This document shows positions 17,624-26,862 of a DNA stretch of 32,000 nt, piece by piece. Position numbers and translations under genes: made by a program. This DNA is from Synechocystis sp. PCC 6803 substr. PCC-P (GTDB lineage: Bacteria > Cyanobacteriota > Cyanobacteriia > Cyanobacteriales > Microcystaceae): contig NC_017039.1 of NCBI RefSeq assembly GCF_000284455.1, positions 180,001-212,000 of the forward strand. The letters are read 5' to 3'. Each line of letters opens with the position of its first letter. The stretch's first letter is position 1. Below the pieces are notes generated by a model. The model was not told where the DNA came from. It searched no databases and was given only the letters and a program-made list of their open reading frames with translations.

Positions 17624-20185
17624 ATGCCATCCATGAGTAACGATTCCATTGTCCGCCACGTCCTGGTCATTGAGGATCAGAAATCTCGTCGCATTGTTTC
17701 CCTAGAAGAAAACACCTACGACATCGGTCGGGACCCCAGCAGTGCCATCCCTATTTACGATCGCCAAGTTTCCCGTCACCACGCAACCCTGATCCGGGTT
17801 AACGACTATCAGAATCATCAATACACCTATAGATTAATTGACGGTAATCTCCAGGGAAAACGCAGCACCAATGGCGTGGTGGTCAACGGTCAATATTGTC
17901 TTTCCCATGAGTTGGAGCACGGGGACGTAATTCGCTTTGGCAATCAGTCCAAAGCCAGCTACCACATTATGAATCTGACCACAGAATCGGAGGAGCAACC
18001 CTACGGAGCCGAACCTGTGTCGGTGGTGGCCAACCCAATCATGGGGGAAACCTATGTGGACCCCCTAAACTTTGCCATGGCTGACCACGGCTATGGAGAA
18101 GGGGCTGGATTTGACCATGAAGCGGTAGAAGTAGAGGAAGACTCTTCCTTTTCCACAGCGGTGGTCTATAACGATGAAATACCAGATGTCAGCCGCAGTG
18201 CTCCATTACCAAGTCATCGTCCACCGGCTTCCCTCAGCGAAAATAGTACCCAGTTAATTGTTGAGTTAACCACTGCGGGGCAGGTGATTTACGCCAACGG
18301 GGCAACCAAAGCCTTATTTCCGGAACTAATGGCCATCCAGGCCCAACATCCTCTGATCCAAGGCCTCTCAAATTTATCCCTCACCAGGGAGGGCTTGCAG
18401 TTGGAACGGGATATTGCCATCGGCCAACAAATTTTTCATCAGCGGATTTTCCTTGGGCCAGACCGAAGCCGGTTACAGTGCTACAGCGAGGACGTGACCG
18501 AGTATCGCAAAATGGAGCAGGGGTTAAATGATCTCCACCATCGTTTGCAAGCCTATCGGGAATATAGCGCCACAGGTTTTCTGTTGGTGGATGCCCGCAC
18601 CAAAACTGTGGTCGAAGCTAACAGTGCTTTTTGCCAGTTATTGGGCTATGAGGAATCGGAGGTTCTCGATTTCACCCTTTATCAGTTGATCGCCGCAGAA
18701 CGGCCGGTGATTGAAGAACTATTAATTAACCTGGAAACCCAAAACTATCTATCGGTACCAGAACTAGAGTACCGCAATCGGGAAGGGCAAACGGTACAAG
18801 TCAAGGGGGAAGTGTATCGCCTACCGTGGGAGGACAGGGAGGTGTACTGTTTTGTCATGCGCACTCCCCGGGGTCGCCAGGGGTATTCAGAAACCTTGGC
18901 TAACCAAGCGTTGTATGACCCCATTAGTAAACTGCCCAACCGGGTAAATCTACAAAAGGAACTATCCCTCGCCATCGATGCGGCAGCCCACCACCAGCAT
19001 CTCATGGGGGTGATGTTCATCCATTTAGAAATTCTCAATCGCATTAACCAGGCCTATGGCTTTGGCTTTGGGGATGAAGTATTTATGGCCTTCCACGGGG
19101 CGATCTCCGACTGTATGCGTTCCGGAGATACCGTAGGGCAATGGGATAGCAACACCCTAGTGATTATTCTGGCCAAGATAAAAAGCCCCCAGGATTCCAT
19201 TCGTCTAGCGGAAAGAATTCTAGACCGCTTGAAAAATCCCATAACCGTGCGAGAAAGGGAATTTATTTTTAATATTAACATTGGCATTTCCGCCTACCCC
19301 AACGATGGTAACCGGGCCGAAGATTTACTCTCTCGAGCCAACGCCGCTCTGCAAAAATTGCGCCAAACTGGTTTTAATCATTATCAGTGCTACGATCCGA
19401 AATTTAGCACCGCCGCCCTCCATCAAGCCCGCCTAGAAAACCTTCTTCAACAGGCGATCGCCAAACGGCAACTTACCCTGCAATACCAACCCCAAATCCA
19501 TCTCCAAAGTGGGGAAATCACCGCCATAGAAGCCCTACTCCGTTGGGAACATCCAGAAGTAGGGGAAATTGCCCCGGGAAAAATCATCCCCATTGCCGCC
19601 CGTAGCAATCTCATTTTTGAACTCAGCGATTGGATTTTTCGCACCGCCTGTCAACAAAATTTGGAGTGGCAAAAGGATGGTTCACCCCCTCGGGCGATCG
19701 CCATTAATCTATCAGCCCGGGAATTTTATCGCCAAGACCTAGTGATGATGGTAGGTAAAACCCTAGAGGAAACCGGCTTAGATCCCCAATGGTTGGAGCT
19801 AGAAATTACCGAAAATACTCTGAGGCAACAACCAGCCAAGGCCCTGGCCATTCTCCAAGACCTCAAAACCTTTGGGGTTAGAATTGCCCTAGACGACTTC
19901 GGCCTAGGCCAAATGGGCATTGGTTTTGTCACCCAGTTTCCCTTCACCACCATCAAAATTCATCAAGGATTCATGGCCCGCTTGCGGGGCACCCCCCAGG
20001 AAATGGCCATTCTCCAATCCATATTTGCATTAAGTCAGGGCTTCCAATATCGTCTGGTGGCCGAAGGGATAGAAACCGATGCCCAACTGAGCTTGATCAA
20101 GCAACTACAATGCCAGGAAGTACAAGGATTTTTGTTGAGTCGCCCCCTGCGGAAACGGGAAATGGGACAATTTTTACAGAAATAA
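17624..20185 (+). CDS. FHA - PAS-like - PAS - degenerate GGDEF - EAL signalling protein (paralogue 1)
   Basis: FHA signature (YDIGRD ... VSRHHATL ... STNGVVVNG). PAS region (GFLLVDARTKTVVEANSAFCQLLGYEESE). GGDEF fold with DSNTL in place of GGDEF. EAL motifs EALLRW, ELEITE, LDDFG, AEGIE and QGF. Confidence 0.9.
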   Translation: MPSMSNDSIVRHVLVIEDQKSRRIVSLEENTYDIGRDPSSAIPIYDRQVSRHHATLIRVNDYQNHQYTYRLIDGNLQGKRSTNGVVVNGQYCLSHELEHGDVIRFGNQSKASYHIMNLTTESEEQPYGAEPVSVVANPIMGETYVDPLNFAMADHGYGEGAGFDHEAVEVEEDSSFSTAVVYNDEIPDVSRSAPLPSHRPPASLSENSTQLIVELTTAGQVIYANGATKALFPELMAIQAQHPLIQGLSNLSLTREGLQLERDIAIGQQIFHQRIFLGPDRSRLQCYSEDVTEYRKMEQGLNDLHHRLQAYREYSATGFLLVDARTKTVVEANSAFCQLLGYEESEVLDFTLYQLIAAERPVIEELLINLETQNYLSVPELEYRNREGQTVQVKGEVYRLPWEDREVYCFVMRTPRGRQGYSETLANQALYDPISKLPNRVNLQKELSLAIDAAAHHQHLMGVMFIHLEILNRINQAYGFGFGDEVFMAFHGAISDCMRSGDTVGQWDSNTLVIILAKIKSPQDSIRLAERILDRLKNPITVREREFIFNINIGISAYPNDGNRAEDLLSRANAALQKLRQTGFNHYQCYDPKFSTAALHQARLENLLQQAIAKRQLTLQYQPQIHLQSGEITAIEALLRWEHPEVGEIAPGKIIPIAARSNLIFELSDWIFRTACQQNLEWQKDGSPPRAIAINLSAREFYRQDLVMMVGKTLEETGLDPQWLELEITENTLRQQPAKALAILQDLKTFGVRIALDDFGLGQMGIGFVTQFPFTTIKIHQGFMARLRGTPQEMAILQSIFALSQGFQYRLVAEGIETDAQLSLIKQLQCQEVQGFLLSRPLRKREMGQFLQK

Positions 20186-20404
20186 TTACACCAAAACTAA
20201 GTCCTATCCCCACTTTTAAAACTAACCGCAACTTGCCATCATTGATGACCCGCCCAAACCCTTAATAAAGTTTGTCTAAGAAGTACGATCCAACCGTTAG
20301 GGGTTATGTCACACTAGAGGTAGGGTCGCAATTTAGCCAGATTTTGTCTCCATCATCGGGTCAAGATACATATTTCCCTTGCCCATCCGCCCATCCTTGC
20401 TGTT

Positions 20405-22525
20405 ATGACTAACCTGCCTGAATTTCGACATATATTTGTGATCGAAGATCAAAAAGCCCGTCGTATTATTTCCTTGGACGAACCCACCTATTCCATTGGA
20501 CGGGAATCCAGCAATGATATTGTCATTTACGACCAGGTAGTATCCCGCCACCACGCCACCCTAATTCGCATCAAACCCACCTCCCAAAATGAAGGTTATT
20601 CCTACCGGATTTTAGACGGGGATTTGGAGGGCAATCGCAGTACCAATGGTCTGATTATCAATGGACAGGATAGTGAATCCCACGACCTGCAACACGGGGA
20701 TGTGATTTTATTTGGTAGTCAGTCCAAGGCTAGTTACTACATCGTTTCCACTTCCTTGGAAATTGCCATGTTCAACCCCCTGGAGGCCATGTCCTTAGAA
20801 GACTTGTCTCGCCAAAGTTTGGGGGAGTACACCAGTAAGTCCACCATTATAAATGAGCAGGAACAGGAAGCATCCCGTTTGGCCCCTAGTTCTGCTGATT
20901 TGGTGCGTTTTTCTTCCTTTGCTGAGCTTAGTCCCCATCCCATTGTGGAAATTGATTTCAATGGCAAAATTGTTTATCTGAATCCGCCGGCAAGTATTAA
21001 GTTTCGGGATATCAATGACCTAGGCGTCAGCCATCCTATTTTAGAAGGTCTGCTCAACCAAGCCCAAAATGTACGGGGCAATTTGCTTTTGCGGGAAGTG
21101 AAAAGTGGCGATGAATGCTATGAGCAATACGTCCATTATCTGACTGAAAATCAAATTATTCGTAGCTACTTAATTGACATTACCCGACGGCAACAGGCAG
21201 AAGATAGCTTGGCCCAACATACTTTCTACGACCCCATGACCGGGCTACCCAACCATGCTTTTTTTGAGGAGCAATTGGCGATCGCCTTGGCAAAGGTACA
21301 GCGAGATCAAAGTCGGCTGGCTATCCTGTTCCTCAATTTTTATAATTACGAGCGGATGATCAATGCCTTTGGACTAGGGTGTGGAGAAATATTGCTGAAA
21401 ACCGTAGCCAAACGCCTGAGTCAGTGGACAGAAAAAAGGGGCTTGGCCTGCCGCTGGCAGGGAAAACAGTTTGCCATTTTGCTCAAGGAACCGGGGGACA
21501 ATCAAGCCTTGACGGAAATGGTGAAGGAAATGCTGGCCATGCTGGAAGAGAGCATTGACGTGGCCAAACAAAAAATTCACCTCAAGGGTAAGGTGGGCAT
21601 CGCCGTTTACCCCGATGGGGGTACTGATGGGGCTACCCTATTGAAAAATTCCCACACTGCTCTAGAACAAATTAAGGAAAAACATTTTGACTCCTTCGCT
21701 TTCTTTAACGAAAAGGCCGCCTCTAAAGCTAACCTGTTTTTCCGACTGGAAAACCTACTCTACGAGGCCCTGGACAAGCATCAGTTCTACCTAACCTACC
21801 AGCCCATCCTCCAGATAACTACAGGGGAAATTACTGGCATGGAGGCCCTGTTGCGTTGGCACCATCCCGAAATTGGCGAAATTTCTCCGGTTAATCTGAT
21901 TCCCTTGGCAGAAAAAACTGATTTAATTGTACCCATCGGCGAATGGATTCTAAGGACGGCCTGCCAACAGAATCGGCAATGGCAAGGGGCCGGGATTCCC
22001 CCCTTACCTGTATGTATTAACCTCTGCCTCAACCAATTCCAAAATCCTCACTTGATTGCCAATATCCAAAGTATCCTAGAGGAGAATCAGTTGGAGCCCC
22101 ACTGGTTGACCATTGAGGTGACTGAAAGCATCATTATGGACAACATTGATTATTCTCGCCGGGCCATCGAACAGTTGGCCACCATTGGTGTTAATCTTTC
22201 CCTCGATGACTTTGGTATTGGCCTAGGCACTCTGTCCTGCTTGCAACAGTTTAAGATTCCCGCCGTCAAGATCCACGAGTCCTTTATCAAAGATTTGGAG
22301 CAGAGTCCCGTCAACGAGGCGATCATTACCAGCATTATGACCCTGGGAAGAAAATTGGGTGTTCGCATCATCAGTGAAGGCGTAGAAACTCAACAGCAGT
22401 TGGAAGTACTACAAAAACTGGAATGCCAGGAAATACAAGGTTTTTGGTTTAGTAGGCCCCTCAAAGTTGATGCCGCGACGGAACTTTTGAGTCAAAATAA
22501 GATTAAGGCTGATCCTCTGGCATAA
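20405..22525 (+). CDS. FHA - PAS-like - degenerate GGDEF - EAL signalling protein (paralogue 2)
   Basis: FHA signature (YSIGRE ... VSRHHATL ... STNGLIING). QGKQF occupies the GGDEF position. EAL motifs EALLRW, IEVTES, LDDFG, SEGVE and QGF. Confidence 0.9.
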   Translation: MTNLPEFRHIFVIEDQKARRIISLDEPTYSIGRESSNDIVIYDQVVSRHHATLIRIKPTSQNEGYSYRILDGDLEGNRSTNGLIINGQDSESHDLQHGDVILFGSQSKASYYIVSTSLEIAMFNPLEAMSLEDLSRQSLGEYTSKSTIINEQEQEASRLAPSSADLVRFSSFAELSPHPIVEIDFNGKIVYLNPPASIKFRDINDLGVSHPILEGLLNQAQNVRGNLLLREVKSGDECYEQYVHYLTENQIIRSYLIDITRRQQAEDSLAQHTFYDPMTGLPNHAFFEEQLAIALAKVQRDQSRLAILFLNFYNYERMINAFGLGCGEILLKTVAKRLSQWTEKRGLACRWQGKQFAILLKEPGDNQALTEMVKEMLAMLEESIDVAKQKIHLKGKVGIAVYPDGGTDGATLLKNSHTALEQIKEKHFDSFAFFNEKAASKANLFFRLENLLYEALDKHQFYLTYQPILQITTGEITGMEALLRWHHPEIGEISPVNLIPLAEKTDLIVPIGEWILRTACQQNRQWQGAGIPPLPVCINLCLNQFQNPHLIANIQSILEENQLEPHWLTIEVTESIIMDNIDYSRRAIEQLATIGVNLSLDDFGIGLGTLSCLQQFKIPAVKIHESFIKDLEQSPVNEAIITSIMTLGRKLGVRIISEGVETQQQLEVLQKLECQEIQGFWFSRPLKVDAATELLSQNKIKADPLA

Positions 22526-22553
22526 CTTAGAATTAATAGATCCCAGATTCTCT

Positions 22554-24395
22554 ATGAAGCAACACATACTAGTTCTAGAAGATGCCAATCAAAGAAGAAC
22601 AATAATCTTAGACGAGCAACAGTATTCCATTGGTCGCCATTCTGGTACTAGCATCCAGATTCACTCCCGGCAGGCTTCCCGGCACCATGCCACCCTGATG
22701 CGGAAGACTAATAGTAAAACTAACGAAGAGTGTTTTTGGATTATTGATGGGGATCTAGAGGGCAATAAAAGTCAAAACGGCGTCTTTGTGAATGGGGAAA
22801 AACGCCTCATTCACGAGCTAAAAAATGGTGACCTGATTAATTTTGGCTGTAGCATCAATGCCAGTTACCACGTTACTGGAGAGGGGTTTGGGGAGTCTTC
22901 CTCCCAGCCAGTGGAAATATTGCCCCAGACTTCTCCCTATAATGAGGCGGTTTCCGCTCAGATTGCCTCCAGCTATAACACCAGGGAAGGGGTTGATTTG
23001 TTGGCTGGCTCCAATGATGAAACGTTTCACGAGCAATCCTATCTTGATACGGCAACGGATTTGCCCAATCAGACTCTGTTTTTGGAGTACTTAAATATTG
23101 CCCTTTCCAATGCCCGTCGTCACCATGCCCAGGTGGGGGTTTTACTCTGCCAGATTAATAATTGGTCTGATCTCAAGCGCAAACGGGGAGACGCGGTGGC
23201 CAATGCTTTCCTACAGGAAGCGGGGCAAAAACTGAAGTCAAATTTGCGCAATGGAGATATTGTTTCCCGTTGGGATAAAGATGAGTTTATTTTTCTGGTG
23301 TCCAAGGTACAGGATACTAGCAGCCTGTTGGGAATTGCTCAACGCTTGATGAAACCGGTTTTAGCTCCGGTGACGGCGGGGGGAAGACCGTTCCAGCCAG
23401 AGATTACCTACGGGGTGGCCCTCTATCCGGTGGATGGGGAGCAGGTGAATGACTTGATCGGTCACATTAGAGAAAATTTACAGCAGTTGTTACCCCAACC
23501 CACCAACCCGGGGTCAGGAGAGGCGGATGACCATATAGAAACAGCGGTGGATGTGCGCATCGGTGCCCCCCAGCCGGTGCCAGGACTTTCTGACTCTGAT
23601 CAAAAGCGTTTGGCGATCGTAGAAAAGCGTTTACTACGGGCGTTGGAACAACATGAGTTGGAATTGTACTATCAGCCCCAGATTAATTGGCGTAAAAAAA
23701 CTATTGAGGCCATGGAGGCGTTTATCCGTTGGCAACATCCCCAAAAGGGCCTACTGCCCCCGGGACAGTTTTTGCCGTGGAGCGACCAAACGGAATTTAT
23801 GGTGCCCCTCACTCGGTGGATTTTAGAAACTGCCTGTCAACAAAATGTCCTGTGGCAACAGCAATTGCAAACTCCTTTTTTAGTTTCCGTTAATATTTCT
23901 GAAAAGCAGTTTTATCATCCTTTACTTAAAAATATGGTCATGGAGGCGATCGCCATGGCCAAGATGGAGACCCATTACTTGGAGTTAGAAATTCAAGAAT
24001 CCACTGTGATGAAGGATTTTGGTCTGGCACAGCAAATTATCACCAACTTACATAACTACGGCGTGGGTTTTTCCCTAGATGATTTTGGCACCGACTATAT
24101 GTCCCTCCGTTGTCTCCAGGATTTACCTTTTCAAAAGCTAAAAATTGACAAATCCCTAACGGCACAGTTACTAGAACAAACCGATAACGTTCCTAATTTA
24201 ACCATGATGGAAACCCTGATCAATCTTGGTAAAACCTTCAACCTGAAGGTGGTGGCCGAGGGGGTCGAACAGGAGGAACAGATTAACATTTTAGATAGCC
24301 TCAATTGCTTTTTCATGCAGGGCTATTGCTTCAGTGAACCGTTAAATATTCTGGCCGCCAATAGCTTTTTGCACAAATACATTGCGGGTAATTAG
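22554..24395 (+). CDS. FHA - degenerate GGDEF - EAL-like (EAF) signalling protein (paralogue 3)
   Basis: FHA signature (YSIGRH ... ASRHHATL ... SQNGVFVNG). DKDEF occupies the GGDEF position, preceded by RNGD. The EAL domain has EAFIRW, LEIQES, LDDFG, KID, AEGVE and QGY. It starts 28 bp after paralogue 2. Confidence 0.9.
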   Translation: MKQHILVLEDANQRRTIILDEQQYSIGRHSGTSIQIHSRQASRHHATLMRKTNSKTNEECFWIIDGDLEGNKSQNGVFVNGEKRLIHELKNGDLINFGCSINASYHVTGEGFGESSSQPVEILPQTSPYNEAVSAQIASSYNTREGVDLLAGSNDETFHEQSYLDTATDLPNQTLFLEYLNIALSNARRHHAQVGVLLCQINNWSDLKRKRGDAVANAFLQEAGQKLKSNLRNGDIVSRWDKDEFIFLVSKVQDTSSLLGIAQRLMKPVLAPVTAGGRPFQPEITYGVALYPVDGEQVNDLIGHIRENLQQLLPQPTNPGSGEADDHIETAVDVRIGAPQPVPGLSDSDQKRLAIVEKRLLRALEQHELELYYQPQINWRKKTIEAMEAFIRWQHPQKGLLPPGQFLPWSDQTEFMVPLTRWILETACQQNVLWQQQLQTPFLVSVNISEKQFYHPLLKNMVMEAIAMAKMETHYLELEIQESTVMKDFGLAQQIITNLHNYGVGFSLDDFGTDYMSLRCLQDLPFQKLKIDKSLTAQLLEQTDNVPNLTMMETLINLGKTFNLKVVAEGVEQEEQINILDSLNCFFMQGYCFSEPLNILAANSFLHKYIAGN

Positions 24396-24397
24396 AA

Positions 24398-24507
24398 CGT
24401 GTTTGGCAAGTTTTATTCCGCCCCCTAAATCTCCCAATAATGGGAGACTTTCACTCAGTTTCCCCCCAAAATTGGGGGCCAGGGGGCTTTTCAAACAGGC
24501 TCTTAGG
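24398..24507 (-). repeat. MITE-like palindromic repeat, copy A (inverted relative to copy B)
   Basis: Its reverse complement aligns along most of its length with 26503-26630, for example GCCTGTTTGAAAAGCCCCCTGGCCCCCAATTTTGGGGGGAAA versus GCGTGTTTGGAAAGCCCCCCTGGCCCCCCAAGTTTGGGGGGAAA. It has imperfect terminal inverted repeats and internal C-run/G-run hairpins. No coding capacity. Confidence 0.7.
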
Positions 24508-24603
24508 TTCAGTTTTAGAAGCTTTTTGCTCCAGAGGAGGCAACGGTAGGATAGACTGAATATTACAAATTGTTAATGCGGACCTTGAAGCCGCTTGCCC
24601 GTT

Positions 24604-26397
24604 ATGTCTCTTCCCATCCGCAATGTCGCCATCATTGCCCACGTTGATCACGGTAAAACCACCCTTGTTGATGCTTTGTTGAAGCAATCAGGCATTTTCC
24701 GGGAAGGGGAAGACGTACCGGTGTGTGTGATGGACTCCAACGATCTGGAACGGGAACGGGGCATTACTATCCTCTCGAAAAATACGGCGGTCCGCTACCA
24801 AGATACGTTAATTAATATTGTCGATACCCCTGGCCACGCTGATTTTGGTGGGGAAGTGGAACGGGTGCTGGGTATGGTGGACGGTTGTGTGTTAATCGTC
24901 GATGCCAATGAAGGCCCCATGCCCCAAACTCGGTTTGTGCTCAAAAAAGCGTTGGAAAAAGGTCTGCGCCCCCTGGTGGTGGTTAATAAGATTGATCGTC
25001 CCCGGGCCGACCCCAACACCGCCGTGGATAAGGTATTTGATCTATTTGTGGAACTGGGGGCAGACGATGACCAGTGTGATTTCACCACTCTGTTTGCTTC
25101 TGGTTTAGGGGGCTTTGCTAAAGAAAGTCTGGACGACGATTCCGAGGATATGAAGCCTTTGTTTGAGGCGATTTTGCACCATGTCCCGCCCCCGGCCGGC
25201 GATCCGAACAAACCCCTCCAGTTACAAGTGACTACCCTGGATTATTCCGATTATTTGGGACGGATTATTATTGGCCGCATCCACAACGGTACGGTTAAAG
25301 CCGGACAACAGGCCGCCTTGGTGAAAGAGGATGGTTCGATCGCCAAAGGAAAAGTTAGTAAACTCTTGGGTTTTGAAGGGTTGAATCGCATCGAACTGCC
25401 AGAAGCCAGTGCCGGCTACATTGTGGCGATCGCCGGTTTTGCCGATGCCAATATCGGTGAGACTTTGACCTGTCCCGATGAACCCCAGGCTTTGCCCCTG
25501 ATCAAAGTGGACGAGCCGACTTTGCAAATGACCTTTTCGGTCAATGATTCTCCCTTTGCGGGCCAAGAAGGCAAATTTGTTACCTCCCGTCAGATTCGCG
25601 ATCGCCTCAATCGGGAATTGGAAACCAACGTTGCTCTACGGGTGGAAGATGGGGAAAGTGCCGAGCAATTTTTGGTCTCTGGTCGGGGGGAATTGCACCT
25701 CGGTATTTTGATTGAAACCATGCGACGGGAAGGTTATGAATTTCAAGTGGCCCAGCCCCAAGTGATTTATCGCGAGGTCAACGGTCAACCCTGTGAACCA
25801 GTGGAATATCTGGTTTTAGATGTACCAGAAGCGGCGGTGGGAGCCTGTATTGAACGGCTGGGACAACGACGGGGAGAAATGCAAGATATGCAAACCAGCG
25901 TCAACGGCCGCACCCAATTGGAATTTGTCATTCCGGCCCGGGGTTTACTGGGTTTCCGGGGGGATTTTATCCGCATCACCCGGGGGGAAGGCATCATGAA
26001 CCACAGCTTTTTGGAATACCGCCCCATGAGTGGTGATTTGGAAACCCGCTATAACGGTGTCATGGTGGCCTTCGAGGAAGGGGTGGCCACATTCTATGCC
26101 ATGAAAAACGCTGAGGATCGGGGCGTATTTTTCATTACTCCCGGCACCAAGGTTTACAAGGGCATGATCATCGGTGAGCATAACCGGCCTCAAGATATTG
26201 AACTGAACGTTTGTAAAACCAAGCAGCTAACCAACCACCGTTCGGCCACCGGGGACGAATTGGTACAGCTCCAAGCGCCGGAAGATATGAACCTAGAAAG
26301 GGCTTTGGAATACATTGGACCGGATGAGTTAGTGGAAATTACGCCGGAATCCATCCGTTTACGGAAAGTAGCCCGGAAAAAGTTGGTCAAACGTTAA
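24604..26397 (+). CDS. typA: Translational GTPase TypA/BipA
   Basis: ATG 24604 gives [23 protein letters not shown] (G1), followed by [14 protein letters not shown] (G3) and NKIDR (G4). About 597 aa with the EF-G-like domain order typical of BipA. Confidence 0.95.
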   Translation: MSLPIRNVAIIAHVDHGKTTLVDALLKQSGIFREGEDVPVCVMDSNDLERERGITILSKNTAVRYQDTLINIVDTPGHADFGGEVERVLGMVDGCVLIVDANEGPMPQTRFVLKKALEKGLRPLVVVNKIDRPRADPNTAVDKVFDLFVELGADDDQCDFTTLFASGLGGFAKESLDDDSEDMKPLFEAILHHVPPPAGDPNKPLQLQVTTLDYSDYLGRIIIGRIHNGTVKAGQQAALVKEDGSIAKGKVSKLLGFEGLNRIELPEASAGYIVAIAGFADANIGETLTCPDEPQALPLIKVDEPTLQMTFSVNDSPFAGQEGKFVTSRQIRDRLNRELETNVALRVEDGESAEQFLVSGRGELHLGILIETMRREGYEFQVAQPQVIYREVNGQPCEPVEYLVLDVPEAAVGACIERLGQRRGEMQDMQTSVNGRTQLEFVIPARGLLGFRGDFIRITRGEGIMNHSFLEYRPMSGDLETRYNGVMVAFEEGVATFYAMKNAEDRGVFFITPGTKVYKGMIIGEHNRPQDIELNVCKTKQLTNHRSATGDELVQLQAPEDMNLERALEYIGPDELVEITPESIRLRKVARKKLVKR

Positions 26398-26504
26398 CAG
26401 AACAATGGGGCTTTGCAAGGTTTTAAAGGGGCAGAAAGGAACACCAATCCAGGCATAGTAACTTTCTATCCCTTTGGTTCAGTTATAGCCAATTCAATTA
26501 AGAG

Positions 26505-26630
26505 CGTGTTTGGAAAGCCCCCCTGGCCCCCCAAGTTTGGGGGGAAAGTAAGTCAAAGTCCCCCAGCATTGCCGGAGCTTTAGTGAGGAGATTTAGGGGG
26601 CAGAATCAGACTTTATAAACAGGTTCTAAG
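26505..26630 (+). repeat. MITE-like palindromic repeat, copy B
   Basis: See copy A. The termini CGTGTTTGGAAAG ... CTTTATAAACAGGTTCTAAG form an imperfect inverted repeat. CCCCCCAA-gt-TTGGGGGG forms a perfect 8-bp palindrome. Confidence 0.7.
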
Positions 26631-26862
26631 AATAATTTAAACAGGCTAACTAAAGTGGTCTTGGTAAAAGCTTTACAGCAAACGCTGCCTTCTTAGTCTG
26701 ATTTGAATTAGCCATAACTCTCTTGTTTAGGCAAAAGAATTCCGTACGAGGAACTTTGGGAAAACGGGGAATTTGATACGGGCGAATGGCGGCATTTTGT
26801 ACCGCTCCGGTTTGGTCCAATTCCCAAACGTGCACTAAGAAATTGGCAGCCATGGGGAAAGG

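Noticed and set aside
24795-25566. Antisense ORFs of 138 and 114 aa inside typA
   Set aside because: They lie entirely within a very well supported conserved GTPase gene on the other strand. Their translations are S/R/P-rich with no motifs, as expected of shadow ORFs in moderately GC-balanced coding DNA.
26650-26853. 67-aa minus-strand ORF 10 bp downstream of the TAXI-fusion gene (MAANFLVHVWELDQTGAVQ...)
   Set aside because: It is not excluded, but I cannot support it. I see no recognisable motif or clear ribosome-binding site, and it is short. It would need conservation or ribosome-profiling evidence.
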